In this document: positions 41,643 through 56,091 of the stretch, one piece after another
How the letters are laid out: every line of letters begins with the position of its first letter
Position numbering within the stretch: the first letter of the stretch is position 1
Source: Kudoa neothunni
Lineage: Eukaryota > Animalia > Cnidaria
DNA: 64,000 bases
Direction of reading: 5' to 3'
Assembly (NCBI GenBank): GCA_964304625.1
Contig: OZ199838.1
Coordinates: 10,187,741 to 10,251,740, forward strand
The notes under the pieces: generated by a model
The model's database searches: none
The model's input: the letters and a program-made list of their open reading frames with translations, nothing else
What the model was told of the DNA's origin: nothing
Program-made: the position numbers and the translations under genes

Positions 41643-42604
41643 GAGTATTTTATAGAATTCTGTTTTGGAAGGAAGGAAATTTCACAATTCAACAACTACT
41701 ATTTTCAAACAAATTTATTTTTATTCATACTTCTGTTAAGATTTATTTATAACTATCTATTTAATAATGTTTTTATTAACCCCTATTTTTCATCTACCAT
41801 ATGTAATTTTAAATCGGTATCAATCAAATTATCTATTTTTCAAATGTTGAAAAGCCATTGATCTTATCATTATACACACTATCGATTCTATTAAAAAAAT
41901 AATGGAAGTATATTAAGGTCTTAGATATTTAATCGTTTGTGTGTAGTTTATATCATCAGTATTTTTGTTTCCTAAGAGATTAGAATGGCGCCCCAACAAA
42001 TATATTATATTCATCACTTATTGGTGGTTTATGTGTGATGTAAAAGTTTTTCGTGAACCCCTATTTGAATTTTTAGATGTTAAATTTCATAAAGTGGCTA
42101 TTTTCACGATAAATAATATTCAGGTGTCACTAGTTTTGGCTATATTTTATTATTAATTAAATATAGCAGATTCTATAGAGTTAAATCTGTATCCAGCTTG
42201 CAAATAAGCGTTGCTGGTATTAAAAATTCTCCTCGCGCCTGCGCGATTGCAATTTAGGATTAAAATGTACCATGCGAATAGCCTCCACCGTTGTAAAGCT
42301 CCTATGAACACAATATTCAATTTCACCAACAGAAACCTTTAATTATTCTGACAATAATTCATCGATATTTTAATGTCAATAGCATTTATTGTTTGGATGT
42401 ATATAGTTATTAGGGGAAAAATAAGGCAGATACAAGTTCAATTTAAAACCTTATACTTATTCAAGGAATAATACTAATAACAACAATTAAGCTTATAAAC
42501 CAAACCCTCTTTTAAACCAATTTAATGTTGATTATTTATCTTCAAAATATCTACCCACAAAATCACTAATATATGCTGGAGATAAGTAAATTAATTGTTT
42601 ATAT

Positions 42605-43638
42605 CAGTGTTTCCAAATCTGGAACCCCGCACTCATTTCAAGTGGTACGTGAGAGGGTTTTTACTCTTAAAAAAATAATCTTTCGCATAGCTCTGGATAT
42701 AAAAAAATCGACTTTACAAACCTAATTATGGAACAATCATATAATAAATATACATTTACGTGTTTGGTATTCTTAAGGGCTCGTATTCACGTAGCTTAGC
42801 TAGTCAGGGGTCAGTGTACCAAAAAAGTTCTGGAAACATGAATTTGGATACTTCCTTTTTATCCATTAATATATTAATTAACCAACCGAGCTCTAATTTT
42901 AATAAAAATTATCAAGGCAGTGTTTCCCAACCTTTTTCTATCACGCCCCATTATTTTTTGAAAAAAAGTTCCATGACTCATCTTTTTTAAAAGCATTGAT
43001 TTTTTAACGTATACTATTTATAACCTTAAATCAAGCTTCCTATCATATTAAAATTTGAATGCGACCTATGTATAATTCTTTTCTCGCTATAATCAAATGT
43101 ACTTGTCATATCTAACTAAAAATATCGATCAACCATAAAAGTTAACATCTTACGTTCTTCAATCCGTCAAAATCAGTTTTAAGTGAAACTCGTGGTATTT
43201 CAACCCACACAGACAAGATTTAGTGCATATGGAGCTCATAAACCGAAAAATGAATAACCAAGGTAAAAAATTAATCAATATTATATTAGGTTAAAACAAA
43301 AACAGGAAAAATCCCGGTTATAAATGTGACAAGATTTGCGTTAAAACTATTCCGATTCTATAGGAGTAAACACCACGTGAAATGTTATTGTTTATTTTTA
43401 TATAATTAGTCTTGTTTTATTTTTGTTTTACGATATTTATAGTCACTTCAAAATAAACGATGTAGAAAATCGGGATATTGGTTTCAAAATGCGTCACAAA
43501 TCCCAGTTATCTCACCATTATCGACGTCACAACAATTCTTAATATTCTCCTCGTCCCGTCTGAGCCGTTCATTATACCTTCGATAATTTCCGTGTCCCAC
43601 AAAAATTTCTCATCCCCCCCACACTTTGAGAAACACTG
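42605..43638. mobile_element. Cluster of hAT MITE remnants (about 42605-42840 and 42918-43638)
   Basis: CAGTGTTTCC left ends at 42605 and 42918, and GGAAACATG / TGAGAAACACTG right ends. TSDs were not recognisable. Confidence 0.6.
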
Positions 43639-45115
43639 CTTTAATGCGTTTAAATGTAACTTGTTTCCTATTTAAAAGTAATATTTATATCTTAAAATTA
43701 TTTTCTAGACCACAAAAATTATGATATATAACACTTTGAGGGACTTTCGTCACATAACAGAGGGTTAATGCGATTAACTACCTAATAACGGATTAATATT
43801 CTTTAGTTTTTCATATAAACCCATCAAAAGTTTTACAGTTCTAATCCCTAAGATTTTAATGACACTTAAAAAATAAGAAGTACACTTCAACCAAAATAAA
43901 TAGTTATTCGAAAATCTTTTTATATTTTCTGAAAAGATTTTCATAAAGACAAAACTATAAAAAAATAAAAGTTTAATCATCCAATAAACAGAAAATGCAT
44001 CTTCCTTAAGTAATTTGGTGTGAAATTTTCGAATGAGCACGATGAGAGTGTTTTCAATTTAAGAGGTAACTAGTAATTACCTCTTAAATTGATGATTTTT
44101 GATATTATCTTCCAAATCTTTGATCTCACCGAAGTCAAATCTTTTTGGATACGACGCGTTACACCACAATGAATCTACAGTTACCTTATCGCAAAACATA
44201 AATTTGAATATATTTTTAACCTCTATAAAATATCGCGATATGATAAAATATAACTATATTTAGTGGGTAATTTTTTAATATTAGTTATAATTTTGTTTTA
44301 ATAATTTTATTTTTTCTAAAAAATTCCTAAAATATACACATATTACTTAGATATTGGTCAAAAGAGGAAACCTATTCTCCCATAATATAAATTAGATGTA
44401 CCAATGATTTGATATATCTAATCACATCAAAATCCTACAGATTACCAACATTCATCTCATCTCGTAATTTTTTGGATTCTTATGTGTGATATTAACATCA
44501 CGAATAGAGTTGATCGCATACCATCTGAATAAACAGATCTAACACATGGTAGCATGCGGAACTACCTCAACATTACTTAGCAATTATTAATTAATCAAAG
44601 CGATCCTAATTTTTGACCAATAATAGACCTACATAACATATTATACAATTAGTTTAAAAATGTAGTTATATAATTGCATCTTTTCAGAGATATTTAAAAA
44701 AGTGAACTAAATCTTTTAATCCTCACGTGATACAATGAAGTGGTCTCATGTGATATAGAGTTAATTTTGTCTAATAGAGGGGTTATGTGATTAGTGAAAT
44801 AGGAAACGAATAGAACTGTAAGATAAATCAATGGAAAGTTTGGGGTGATGTAATTGGAGCAATAGCATAATATGACGCAAACACCATATTATAGTTGGAG
44901 AAGTTATATGTTTATCGGGGGTCGTATAAATACATTAATCACATCCTATTAGTTTTAACGGCGTAATATTTTAATTGTGGAAGCTGTTGGGTGTCGTGGG
45001 TAACCACATTATAGCTAAAAATAATCACAATCAAAGCTAAGATTTCAATACACGAGTAGCTCATTTTGTTACGATCGCATTCCGCTTTAGATCGGGTAAA
45101 GTTCCAAATTTAGAT

Positions 45116-48100
45116 ATGGACCTCTCGATAGTGGGTCTCCTTTCAAAAAGAACTTTAACTGAAAATGAGCACCAACAAGTAATTTTACTAGAATCAACCT
45201 ATACAGTACCATTGGATATGATATTATTGGGTGTAAATTAGTGTATAAAGTGATTGGTTTAAAGCTATCAATAATTTTTAACAATAACACAATTACAATT
45301 CAGATCAGTTAAATTTATTTTAAACTTTTATTTTTATCGTTTCAAACAACGTAAGTTGGTCTAACAATTATTCTTTTAGCTGAACAACTATGTTAACGGT
45401 TTAAAATCTAATATGAGTTCGTGGCAATTGTGTATTCATATTCTATCGGATGCATCTTTAGTGAATGGAAAGTAATTGGATTCCCTAACGTTTTTATTTA
45501 ATTTTCACACACATTTTGATATTCATAATCATAATATGTTTAGTTTGATGAATGCCCGATTTATAGCATTGCAGGTGTTACAGCATCATATAGAAAGGTA
45601 TAAATCCAGTGGTTAAAATGTTGTCTCACAGGAAATGTGTTATAGTTGGAGTATGATGCTTCCCAAGGAGCGATTGGAGCATCGACTGTTGTACATCAAA
45701 GCTCTGCTGATAATGTGTCAGAATAGGGACAAAGAATTGAAACTATTGTTGAATAAAGCAGGCTACATTCTCAAGGAAATATTTGTTGTGGATTATCCAT
45801 CAAATTGGTCTAAATTTAACCAAGATATTCTCGAATTTTTCAATGAGGATAACACCAACCGTCTTATTAACCCAAATAAGGTGTTGTTGATGTTGAGATT
45901 TTTCCTCGAAATACATTCCACTATCGGTGACAGAACTGTTGATCGGTGTAGTATTCGTTTGAGACGAGACGAAATTCTAAAGGACACTCTAAAAGAAAAC
46001 TTTATCCCTGACCTTATTCCGCTGCTGTTGAATGTTGCTCAAAGTTTTCCCAATAACAAAGATATTTTACTGTTGATTGTTGAGGTTGTTGCTGGATATT
46101 CTTTTTGGATTGACATCAATTTGTACTTCAACCAACATCTGATGGATTTTTTGTTCTCCTTGTTGTCAGTGGAGCCGTATATTGATGCAGTAATGAATTG
46201 TTTGGCTGGTTTTTGTGAAAAGGGAATGCCAGTCATGGCCAAGTTGCCTCTTGTGAACTATATATTATCAAGATTGTTCGAGGCCAAACTCATATCTAGC
46301 GAGTTAATGATTATTGGTGATGATTGTTATCGGTTGCCAGTTGCAAAGTTTGTTAATAGTGTTGGTGTGGTTTTGTGTGACTATTTCAAGATGTACTAAC
46401 TCTTATTTTTGATTGATTGAAGTGATAACTATCGGCAGAGTAGAATAAAGTTCAAAAAATTGCGCTTACTCGAATAAATTGTTGATTTTTATTCTCAATG
46501 ATTAATTAATTTAAATAGAATCTTTTATATTTAAAGACTTAATTTATTTTAATATTAATTATGCTAATAACTATCACTTGTAATTATATGATATTTGTCT
46601 TATTAACGTCGCTATAGAATTTGGAAGTGTAATGCCGACCAATACAGTGCCAATGTCGAGCAGGCTATAGCGTGTACTAATCAATTTCTCAAATTGGCTC
46701 TTAATTTCATTCGAACATTCAACAAAAATGTCTATGCCGATATCCTGGAAACCGAACCTGCTATTGTTATCGTTGGCCCCTTTTTGTTGTTATATGCGAC
46801 TGTATTTAAACGAGTGTGTTTTTAAATAATTAGCTTATTCTCATTGATGTTGTTATTATTATTGTGCTTTAGGTGAAACAATATACTTGGGATGTGGAGC
46901 TTTTAAACAACATGTTTGAGGTGTTAATACCTATTATGTTGTCACCTGACTGTTTCCAATTTGATATTCCACCAAACAGCTATCTTTGCAAAGAAGCTGA
47001 TTGTTCGCTTGGAGCCGATGATTCCTGTGCAATTAATAGCGATGAAAATTGTAACAGCCGATTTTATACCCATCGTGAATTCGCCAAAAAAATAATGAAC
47101 AACCTTATCTATTATAATGACGCTTACTATTATGAGAAAATCAGTCAATTCATTTATCAAACTATCACCCATATTAACACACAAAAATTAAATCAAATAG
47201 AGTTGGCACTTTATCTCCATTTGAACATTTTCGAGTTTTATACTAAAACCAAACTAAATGAATTAGAATCGAGTCACGAATCAATTATGCAATCCGTGTA
47301 CATTATGATTGTGAAAAACAACATTATTGCACTTGATTTCCCGATCGTCATAAAATTCAGCTTACTAAATCTACTGATACGTTATGCCACACTGCACTTT
47401 TATGACAATCTAGAAGTGTTCACTGCCACTCAACAAATTTTCCAAAGCCAGTACTGTATCTATAGCGACGATATCGTGACTAGTGGTCGCTCATGTTACC
47501 TGCTGAGTAAATTGCTCAAAGCTTATCGCAAAGATCTACCGGAATTCATACATTCCACCACATTACCAAATCTGGTTGCACTCTTTCAAAGTTTGGTGTG
47601 CTACAATAGACTGGATCATGATAGGAAATCCAACCTTTGTTTTGCTATAATTAACATAATAATTCGAAACACACAATTTTCTATTGCTGAAAAACATGCT
47701 CATATATGTAGCGCTATTTTCGAGGAATTGCTCGAAGAAAGTGAACGCTTACTTCAGTGCATTGTCTCACGTTCGGCTGCTTCTTTACCCCCACTAGTTG
47801 GTGGAGTCGTCAACAACGGCGCTCATCAACTAGAAGCCCGTTCATCCCAAAGCGAGATGAGTCCATCCAATCGACAAAAAAGCCGTACTTCATTATTAAT
47901 TTAAATTTGGTATGGTTTTTAATGCAAGTATTTAGACGATTGTAATGATTTCAATGTTTTGTCGTTCAACTTGGATATTATCAATCAAGTTTTACGCCTT
48001 TACAAATCACAAAAAGATTTAAAAGTTCTTAAATCGGAGCCTATTTTCAACAAAATTTGTTCATTTTTAATATCCTGTTTGAATGTGTCAAGCAATAACG

Positions 48101-49293
48101 CGGAATTTCTGGAAAAATGTTTGAACACTCTTAGAAGTTACATCGAATTCGCCGGCCTTACAACTTTGTCGCTGCAAAAATCGTTGTTTGACTTTTCAGT
48201 CAGTCTTAAATTAGATCAACTGATCCTAATGCATCCTTTGGTGATTTGTGTGCTTCCATTGTTGAAAGTAGTTTGTTGAATAACTAGTTGTACTCTAATG
48301 CGTAATGTAGAGAGTGCGTGCCACTGATCGAGCGTGCATGCTTTCCGCTATCAACTCCACATTGTTTAATTTTTTCGTTACTCTGCAATCAACCCCTGAT
48401 CTTGTTCAAGGGTCTGAAAACCCTGAAGTGTACAAAATTTCATTCTGTGAACTTCTTCATAAGATGCTTTTTTTCGAATACCACGACATGATTTTTGAAG
48501 GAAATTGTGAAAAATATGTTTTCCTGCTGGGAGTGATATCGAAAATGTGTCAAGATTCCTCTTGTGAAGCTTTACAAAAAACATGTTATCTTATCGTCAC
48601 AAAACTTTCCTTCATTTTAAACATCGAGAAACACTTCAATGGTTGTTTATTTTGTTGATTGAGCTAACTAATCTGGCATTCATCGAATGTTTGCTATAGG
48701 TTTCAATAGCTTTGGTTTCTCGATGGAAAACTTTATTCATACATCCTACATGCTATTGCTTAAGCCATGCTTTAATACTCCATTGGATACCAACTTTAAT
48801 AAACTCCCTGGGACTCATATCAATGCGGTAACTTTCTCTTAAGAATTTTTCGAGACTGATTTTTGCTAATCTGAGCTAATTTGTTTAGGTCTACCGAGAA
48901 ATCACAAAAATTATCAATAATCTAACGCCTGCTAATGTATTTTGTTTTAAATTTTTCAGCTGTTGTCCAACTGTAATGGTTTAGTGTTCACAATTCGCCT
49001 ATACATTTCTAACGCAGGCCGGTGTTTCTCCTGATAATGCTGAGGTAGCTCAATATTTTCATGTTATTTCAATTAATTCTAATACTTTGTTTATAGCAAC
49101 TTAAATGCCATCTTAATATTGTGAGTTCCGGAAATGTTCATAGTCTAATCAAGGTATATTTGTCATATGTGAACTCTCCAACAATTGTAAACTTTTCTTA
49201 TAGTCTTTCTATGCTAAAGTGTTGAATGTTACATCGAAGTTCTGGAACGAATACGTCAAGAATGTTGAAGAACATTCTTCTAATCCCACATAA
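45116..49293 (+). CDS. XPOT: Exportin-T (tRNA exportin, Los1)
   Basis: MDLSIVGLL...LKSNMSSWQLC, RFIALQVLQH, NKAGYILKEIFVVDYPSNWSKF, EIHSTIGDRTV...ILKDTLKE, YSFWIDINL, EKGMP and IELALY. All introns GT-AG. Stop at 49291-49293. Confidence 0.9.
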
Positions 49294-50285
49294 CCATTAT
49301 CCATCCAATCATTATAACTAAACCTGTTTTCCATCATTGAAATGAACAGCTATAGTGTTTTTGTTATATTTGTACAGTGTTAGATACTTATTGATGTGTG
49401 ATTTCACAATGTTCTTCAATTTTTATGAAGCCATTTAAAAAAATGCGTGCTAGCTAGGGATTTTTTGTTTTCAACTCGACTTTAATAAAATGTTAGCATC
49501 AAACTTTGAATAAATTGCTTTTTTTAATTATGCTGTTTATTTTGGAAGAGATGAATTGCTCAGTTCCACTCATTTTCGCGTTTGATCCCTATAAATTTTA
49601 ACTCTTAATAGGTGACTATCTGGCGTTTCTGATTTAGGTGGACTTAGGCTCGACGAGCCCGCTCAGAGTAATTTCCACCCTTTATTGGATTATTAGTGCG
49701 AAATGCCTCGCTTCACCAGGTATCAGAAATATTTTGAGTTGAAAAATCCCTTGAAATTGGTTATAAAAATACACTAATACTTTCAATTAAACCATAGAGT
49801 GGATTAAATTAAAAAAATTTAAAATATTTTACTTTCAACAATGGTGGTGTATGAACTTGAAATTAAGATCATTTTGTGGAGATCATAAAATAACATAAAC
49901 TATGCAGCTAGAAGATAATTTAAGAAAATTGCATTTTTTAGCTAAATTTAATATCATTATATCTGATAAAAACTACAATATACTCTTGCTTACAACACAG
50001 TTACGCAGCCCTAAATAATTTAATTAACTAGATAAAGGAAAAGAAAAATGTTGTTACCGAACTTAATTGTTGAAATTTTAGTGGAACGAGAGGCTTCAAT
50101 TCAATCTATTGACACAGTCCCAATATTATAAGGTTTTAATCTACCTATTTATAACGTATACTACCAATTCAGCGAAATTAAACCATTAATCGAATTTTCC
50201 ACATGTATTTATCAAGTCAAATATATTTATAAGTTCGTGTATAAGGAGTGTATTTACGCGCACCATAAAAAATACCCCTACGTTA

Positions 50286-51533
50286 CAGTATTTCACGATC
50301 AAGATGCAAACTGCTCGCGTGTTTTTATTGATTTTCCAGTTAAGACATAAAAATGCCTGATCAAATTTAAAATAGTAATTCTAATAAGAGAAAATACGAG
50401 ATTGTTAGTGCCAATGATGGGGTTACAATTGCTCACCACGTCAAAGTGAGCACAAATTTTGAATGATTATTAGAATAATTAAGATTGGAAAGACGAATCG
50501 TCAAATTTCCGAGTCACTTAACATTCCCAAATCTACAGTAAGTAAAATAGTGGAGATAATCAATGAAACCGGATCGTTTCAAAGGTTCGCAACTGGAGAA
50601 AATCGCCGTTTATTGTTAAGTGAAGTGCACAGACAATGTTTCCTCGCAGGGGTAGACGGGAATTGTACGCTGACATTCAATCAGTTATCAGTGAAGCTCT
50701 TTCAAAAATTCTCCATTCGCGTTTCTCGTCAAACTGTTAATAGAGTTCTGAAAGAGTTTCATTATATTTTAAAAAAATATCGTTAGTGCCTATAGATAGG
50801 AATTCTGCTAGGACAATTTCATTACGATTCGAATGACGAAGAGGCCTATATGTTTATCTAATACTTTTTAGTTATGTAAGCGAATTCATAAGATTGAAGC
50901 CTAGGTATGCCGAAATATTATACATCAATAAGTCAAGATTTTTCCTATCAACCCGTAGTTCCAATGGTAGATCCCTTTCTGGGACGAGAATAAATTTAAA
51001 GGTCAAATACATCAGATCTCAAAACATATCATTATTTAATAGCAGTGATGAGTGACTAAAAAATTTTGAATTATAAAATCCACAAGGGAGGCGTGAACCA
51101 GTCTATGTATTCATCATTTCTAGAGAACTTTTCGAAAATTTGGAGGCGAATTACATCGATAAAGCTATTTTGGTTATCGATGACGTAGCTGTCCATAAGA
51201 CTGTGTGTATTAGAAATTTGTTAGAAAACAGTCCTCACAAGGTATTACTATTACCGCCGTACTCACCCTTCCTTAACTCAACTGAAGAAGTTTTTGGCGA
51301 CTGAAATCATTTGTTAAAAGGATGGCACCAAAAACACAGAAGAGCTGAATGCATGTATGGAAAATTGTCCGACCCAGATAATCCAAACTAACTGTAAAAG
51401 CTATGTGAGGCACTCAAACTCTTACTTTTCAGCATCCCTTCTTGAGAACCCCATTAACAATTAAGACAAAAACTATTATTTAAATACAAAATTTGTTGGT
51501 TTACTTTGTTGGCAAGTCGATCGTGAAATACTG
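50286..51533 (+). mobile_element. Tc1/IS630-like transposon, degenerate copy B (related to copy A)
   Basis: TIRs CAGTATTTCACGATC / GATCGTGAAATACTG. HTH ORF at 50463-50786, plus remnants LVIDDVAVHK and LLPPYSPFLNSTEE. Confidence 0.9.
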
Positions 51534-51675
51534 TTCGTATTCAGAGAGTTGATATAATTAAGTGAACGTATGATTATAGAATATAAGGAGTGTGTTAAGT
51601 TTAACTATCACCCTGAAATAAACGATTTTAGTCCTATATAAATACGGTTAATCTCCCATTCTCGAAAATTGATAA

Positions 51676-53074
51676 AGCAGTGTCTATTCGCCCGGCAGAT
51701 AACATCGCGTATTTTATAATTTTACTTTAAGTAAATATACCATTAAATTTAACATTATAAATAACATTTCAATGCCAAATATATCTAGTAATCATGGTTC
51801 ATTGATGAATATGTAGGAAGACCTTATTTAGAAACGGATAGCATCAAGATTTTTACGGTTAAACTATCGAGACGTCATATTCTTGCGTAAAATGTTATAT
51901 TTTTGAATCAAAGAATTCACGATGCTTAATTTTTCCAAAAAAATTTAAACTTCATATTTACATATTCTGATGATTTAACATTGTGTTATATTGATCCTTA
52001 AAGCGCATCTACATATAGTTGTGATCAAATGTATTTTACTAAATTTTCAAAAATAAGAAAATATTACTTATATAAGCCCGATAATTTGTAGATATTTAAT
52101 CCCAATAAAGTAATACTAGTGAGCTAGTTCAAACGATGTTTAACATACAAATAGTTCATTTGGTCAGGCAGAAAAGTAATTTAACATATACATGTCTATA
52201 AATTTATAAAATTTATGTTGATTATTTAAGTAAATAAACATTTTTTATTATCCCAACTGAGTAATTGTACATATTTAATTTTCAAAGAAATTAGATAAAT
52301 TATGGTAGAATATTCTTAAACGCTGGGCTTATATAATGTAAGTTACACGTAAGATATGATTATCGTCATCAAGTTTCTAAATATAAAACATAATTATAGA
52401 AACTTATTAAGATTATAGAATTTAGTATATAAACGATACTTCTGAACAAATCCGTCTTCTAATAACTAATGATGTTGACAAAAGAAAGAGTATTTGCTCT
52501 ATTATTTAAATTAAGGAATAATATTACAGATATAATTTCATGTGACAGTATAATACTCGGTCACATCGTTTTTGTGCGCTCTCAATGTCTTCGTAATTTA
52601 AGACGGAAATATTATTTTTGTCCTGAAGTTCGAACTGTTAGACTCCCAATTTCAACTCTTAACAGCGACAAAACATATTACCGACGTTAAAACTATTCTT
52701 TTTAGCGTTAACATCATTATCTTCTACACCACCATCGATGCTGTTCGTCGTGTATGTATAACCACGCAATCTGTGTACATGTTCCATAAAATACGTTACA
52801 ACATTATGTTGATATTATGGTGAACTAATCGTTTTTTCATAAATTCGCTCGAAAAATAAAACAATACAGTGCTAAATAAATAATAAAATCTACATAACAT
52901 AATCACGTTAAATCGGTAAGACTTCCCAACTGAAGAAACGATCACCATGTCAAATATTTTTTTAACGTTTCAATATAATAATCATAAAACAACCAATCTT
53001 ATTTTATTTTTTATAATTCGAAAAGGCATAACGATCATAAAGCTTATCTGCCGGGCCAATAGTCATAGTCTGCC
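51676..53074. mobile_element. MULE-type non-autonomous element
   Basis: TIRs GCAGTGTCTATTCGCCCGGCAGATAA / TTATCTGCCGGGCCAATAG...CTGCC. The 9-bp flanks AATTGATAA / AATTTTTAA match 7/9. Confidence 0.7.
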
Positions 53075-53442
53075 AATTTTTAATCCGTTCAACAAATTCA
53101 AACCCCATAAAATTAATATTTTCTGAACAATTTTTGAGCTTTTTATATTGTAACAATGGTCAAAAGAATTTTTAAATGTCTTGAATTATTAAAAGTTTCA
53201 TAACTTTTTGTCTAAGGGAAAAAATACACGCACACACACAAAGTATTTTATATATATATAAAGATTATAAGAATTATCTATTCGTTTTTTGGTAGTTTTC
53301 ACGTAATTGGTAGTTAAACTTGTTGTTCTGTTATTATACATAATGCGCAAAAAAGGGCACTTTTTATTCACACTATTTTTTATGACACACATGTGCTAAT
53401 ATAATTCTAATTATGTATATTGTAATTTGTAATGGATGCTGC

Positions 53443-54122
53443 TTATTCCCTAATTGGGTGGGTAGCATCTGGAGGATTATGCAGGTCCTTCAACAAAACT
53501 AATTGTTTGGGACACGTAATGTTCACTTCGCCTGCCACGATAATAGAATCAAGCAACATGTATAACTAATTTAGTAATCAACAAAATTTTACTTCAAATG
53601 GTCATATAATTACCGCTTGAAGATTCATTAAAATATCCAACTCAATAATAATTGGAGTGTACTCATTGAAAGTCTAATCGAATAAATCAAGCTGAGAGAT
53701 GACAATCAGTCGTTAACCATTATCCATACCTCAAGAATGCACCTCATCACAGTATACATATAAATCGTGTTATCGTGTGAATCAAACCCAATGTAGGTGT
53801 TTATGGGGCTGAAATTTGTATATACGAATCTGCATATTGGAAGCTATTATAGCAACAAAAATAATTACAGACATTGATTCACGCACATAAAACAGAGTCA
53901 CCAAATAATGAATAATACTTCAAAGCGAATTGCATCATTGCTATGGTTGTTAATTGATGCCATTTCATGCAGTTGATGACAAATTTTCTGTTGCTCCCGA
54001 AGGAAATTGATCTTTCGTACCAGCGCCACATTCTCACAACCCCAGCTTTATTCATGATAGAAAAAAATGGATCTTTTCAGTGTAGGCACATTTTTTATTA
54101 AAATTGCGATAGAAATTACCAT
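53443..54122 (-). pseudogene. Second, divergent AP sigma subunit paralog with two apparent frameshifts (pseudogene or assembly errors)
   Basis: M|IHFF~IMNKAGVVRMWRWYE~INFLREQQKICHQLHEM...RFE|LPICRFVY...ILE|TFNEY...IELDILMNLQA|LYMLLDSIIVAGEV. Its four intron positions match AP2S1. Exon 2 needs one extra base at each of two homopolymers. Confidence 0.75.
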
Positions 54123-54443
54123 TTAAAATATTATCTAAATTGGTACGGCCCACCAAAACACCTAACGACGAAACTTTAATATACTCGACTTATATATTTG
54201 TTGTACCAGATAAATAAGAGCAGTAATTATTCTTACAGACTCGAATAATCCTTTCATTCGGCACAACCTATTACTAAAGTTAATCCTTAACGGCTGACCA
54301 TGGAACTGTCTCTATAAGGATAATCATTGGATCCACCATCCATCGGATTAAAATTTGGGATTAATGGAATCAAAATAATTCGATTAAATTTAAACAATCG
54401 ATTGAAGTAGAAGCAGAGAGAAATAAATAGTTCGGAATAGCAA

Positions 54444-55990
54444 TTAATGTTTCGACTCACAATTGATACATATAAGGTTTTTGGTTGAATGCTCGTTGCA
54501 AACATATCTGTCGCATGTTTTACGAGTTTGTTGCTTACTTCTCCTACTCAAAGTAGGGGGACAATAGTCGAAGTGTTTTCTCAAATGTTGGTGTACATCC
54601 TTTTTAGAGACCACCTCAATATCAAACATGTATCTAATTTCATGTAATGGCCGTTTTACTGCGGGTTGATGTGTGATCTTAAAGTTAGTGAATCTTCTGT
54701 CTTGATGCTGTTAAAATAATTCCATGGATAATGTTATTAAAAATATCTTGTCGATGAGTTGATTTATCTTTTTTAAAGTATCTTGGATTTTTTTATTGAA
54801 AACCACAAATGCATTAAATGCGTTTACATCTAAAATTTGGGAAAATACAGCGTAAGACCACCGTTTGCATTTTCTCTCACAGATGTAAGTGTAAACACAT
54901 TGATCAATGATGCCAACACCCACTTTTTGACGTTATAATCCAATATCATATCTGGTTTGAATTTATAACCAGAACTCACACTGCCATTACGGCGCTCTGA
55001 TGAAAGGACTATTGCGCACTTGCCCTTTTTGAGAACGTACGGCATTATTGTAAACTGTTTGTGAAATCCAAACACAGATGAATATAGTTCTCTTCGCCTA
55101 TTAGGTAAAAATTCTGACGGAGTAAATTCTCGACATTTTCGTACAGATCCTAGTATAGACGTGTTATTTTTATGTAAATATTGGGCAAGTTTCCACGTCG
55201 TGAAAAAATTATCACAAATAATACTTCGACCACAGTTGAACAAATGCTGAGTAAGATCAACGATTACTTGAAAACTTGTGTTTGTTTCACGTTAGTTGTT
55301 TACTTTACCCGCATATGGAATTATGCCAGCTACACACCAAGTTTTGCTGTCACAAACTACCCAAAATTTTATACAATACTAAGGTAGCTTCTTAGGCATA
55401 CACACCAAAAACGATAATCTCCTTCGAAATGGGTATAACTATTCATCTACACTGTAGATTCTACAGTTATGTTTACACCTGGTGAGTAACTGGTTGTGCA
55501 GATGTTGCTAAATTGATTGAAAATATCCCTTATAGGTCTAAACTCGTCGGTCGAATTATCAGAATTATTTCGATTCCAATACTCGTCAAATCTTAATGAA
55601 CTGGAGATTTGTTTAAATCTTTCACGGGACATAGTGACACGAAATAATGGCCTTCCGTGGATTTCGTGCCACAATATTTCGCTTCTTTCAAAGTTAGATT
55701 TATAAACACCGCCTAGAAATAGCAGTCCAATAAACGCGTTGAACTCAATCAAGTCGATAGATTTCCATTTTTCTGCTAAAACATCGAAACCTTTTCTACT
55801 AATGCAGAAAATAATTTCTTCCATCATCGTTGGCGTTAAAAAATGGGTGAAGATTCTGATTGATGTTGTTGTATCTAATGAGTCGACAGGGACACCTTTT
55901 TGAATATTAGCATTTATTATATTGGCGGAGGGAGTTCTTCCAGATCTCGGTCGAGTTGACCAGGTAATTGATTCGGTTTTCGAAACGAAG
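54444..55990 (-). mobile_element. piggyBac transposase pseudogene (PGBD4-like)
   Basis: Motifs MSRERFKQISSSLRFD, FRPIRDIF, IICDNFFTT, KPDMILDYN..GV..IDQ, and a C-terminal Cys-rich domain CDRYVCNEH...CINC. Many frameshifts; termini not confidently found. Confidence 0.92.
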
Positions 55991-56091
55991 TTATCTCGTA
56001 GCCTATTTTTATTATAATTCTCGCAGAGAATATAAGACTAATCAGCTTACTTGATTCTACCGTTATCGTTATCGAATTCACCTTTATTAAT

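Noticed and set aside
45793-48584. Minus-strand ORFs within XPOT
   Set aside because: Antisense shadows of long coding exons.
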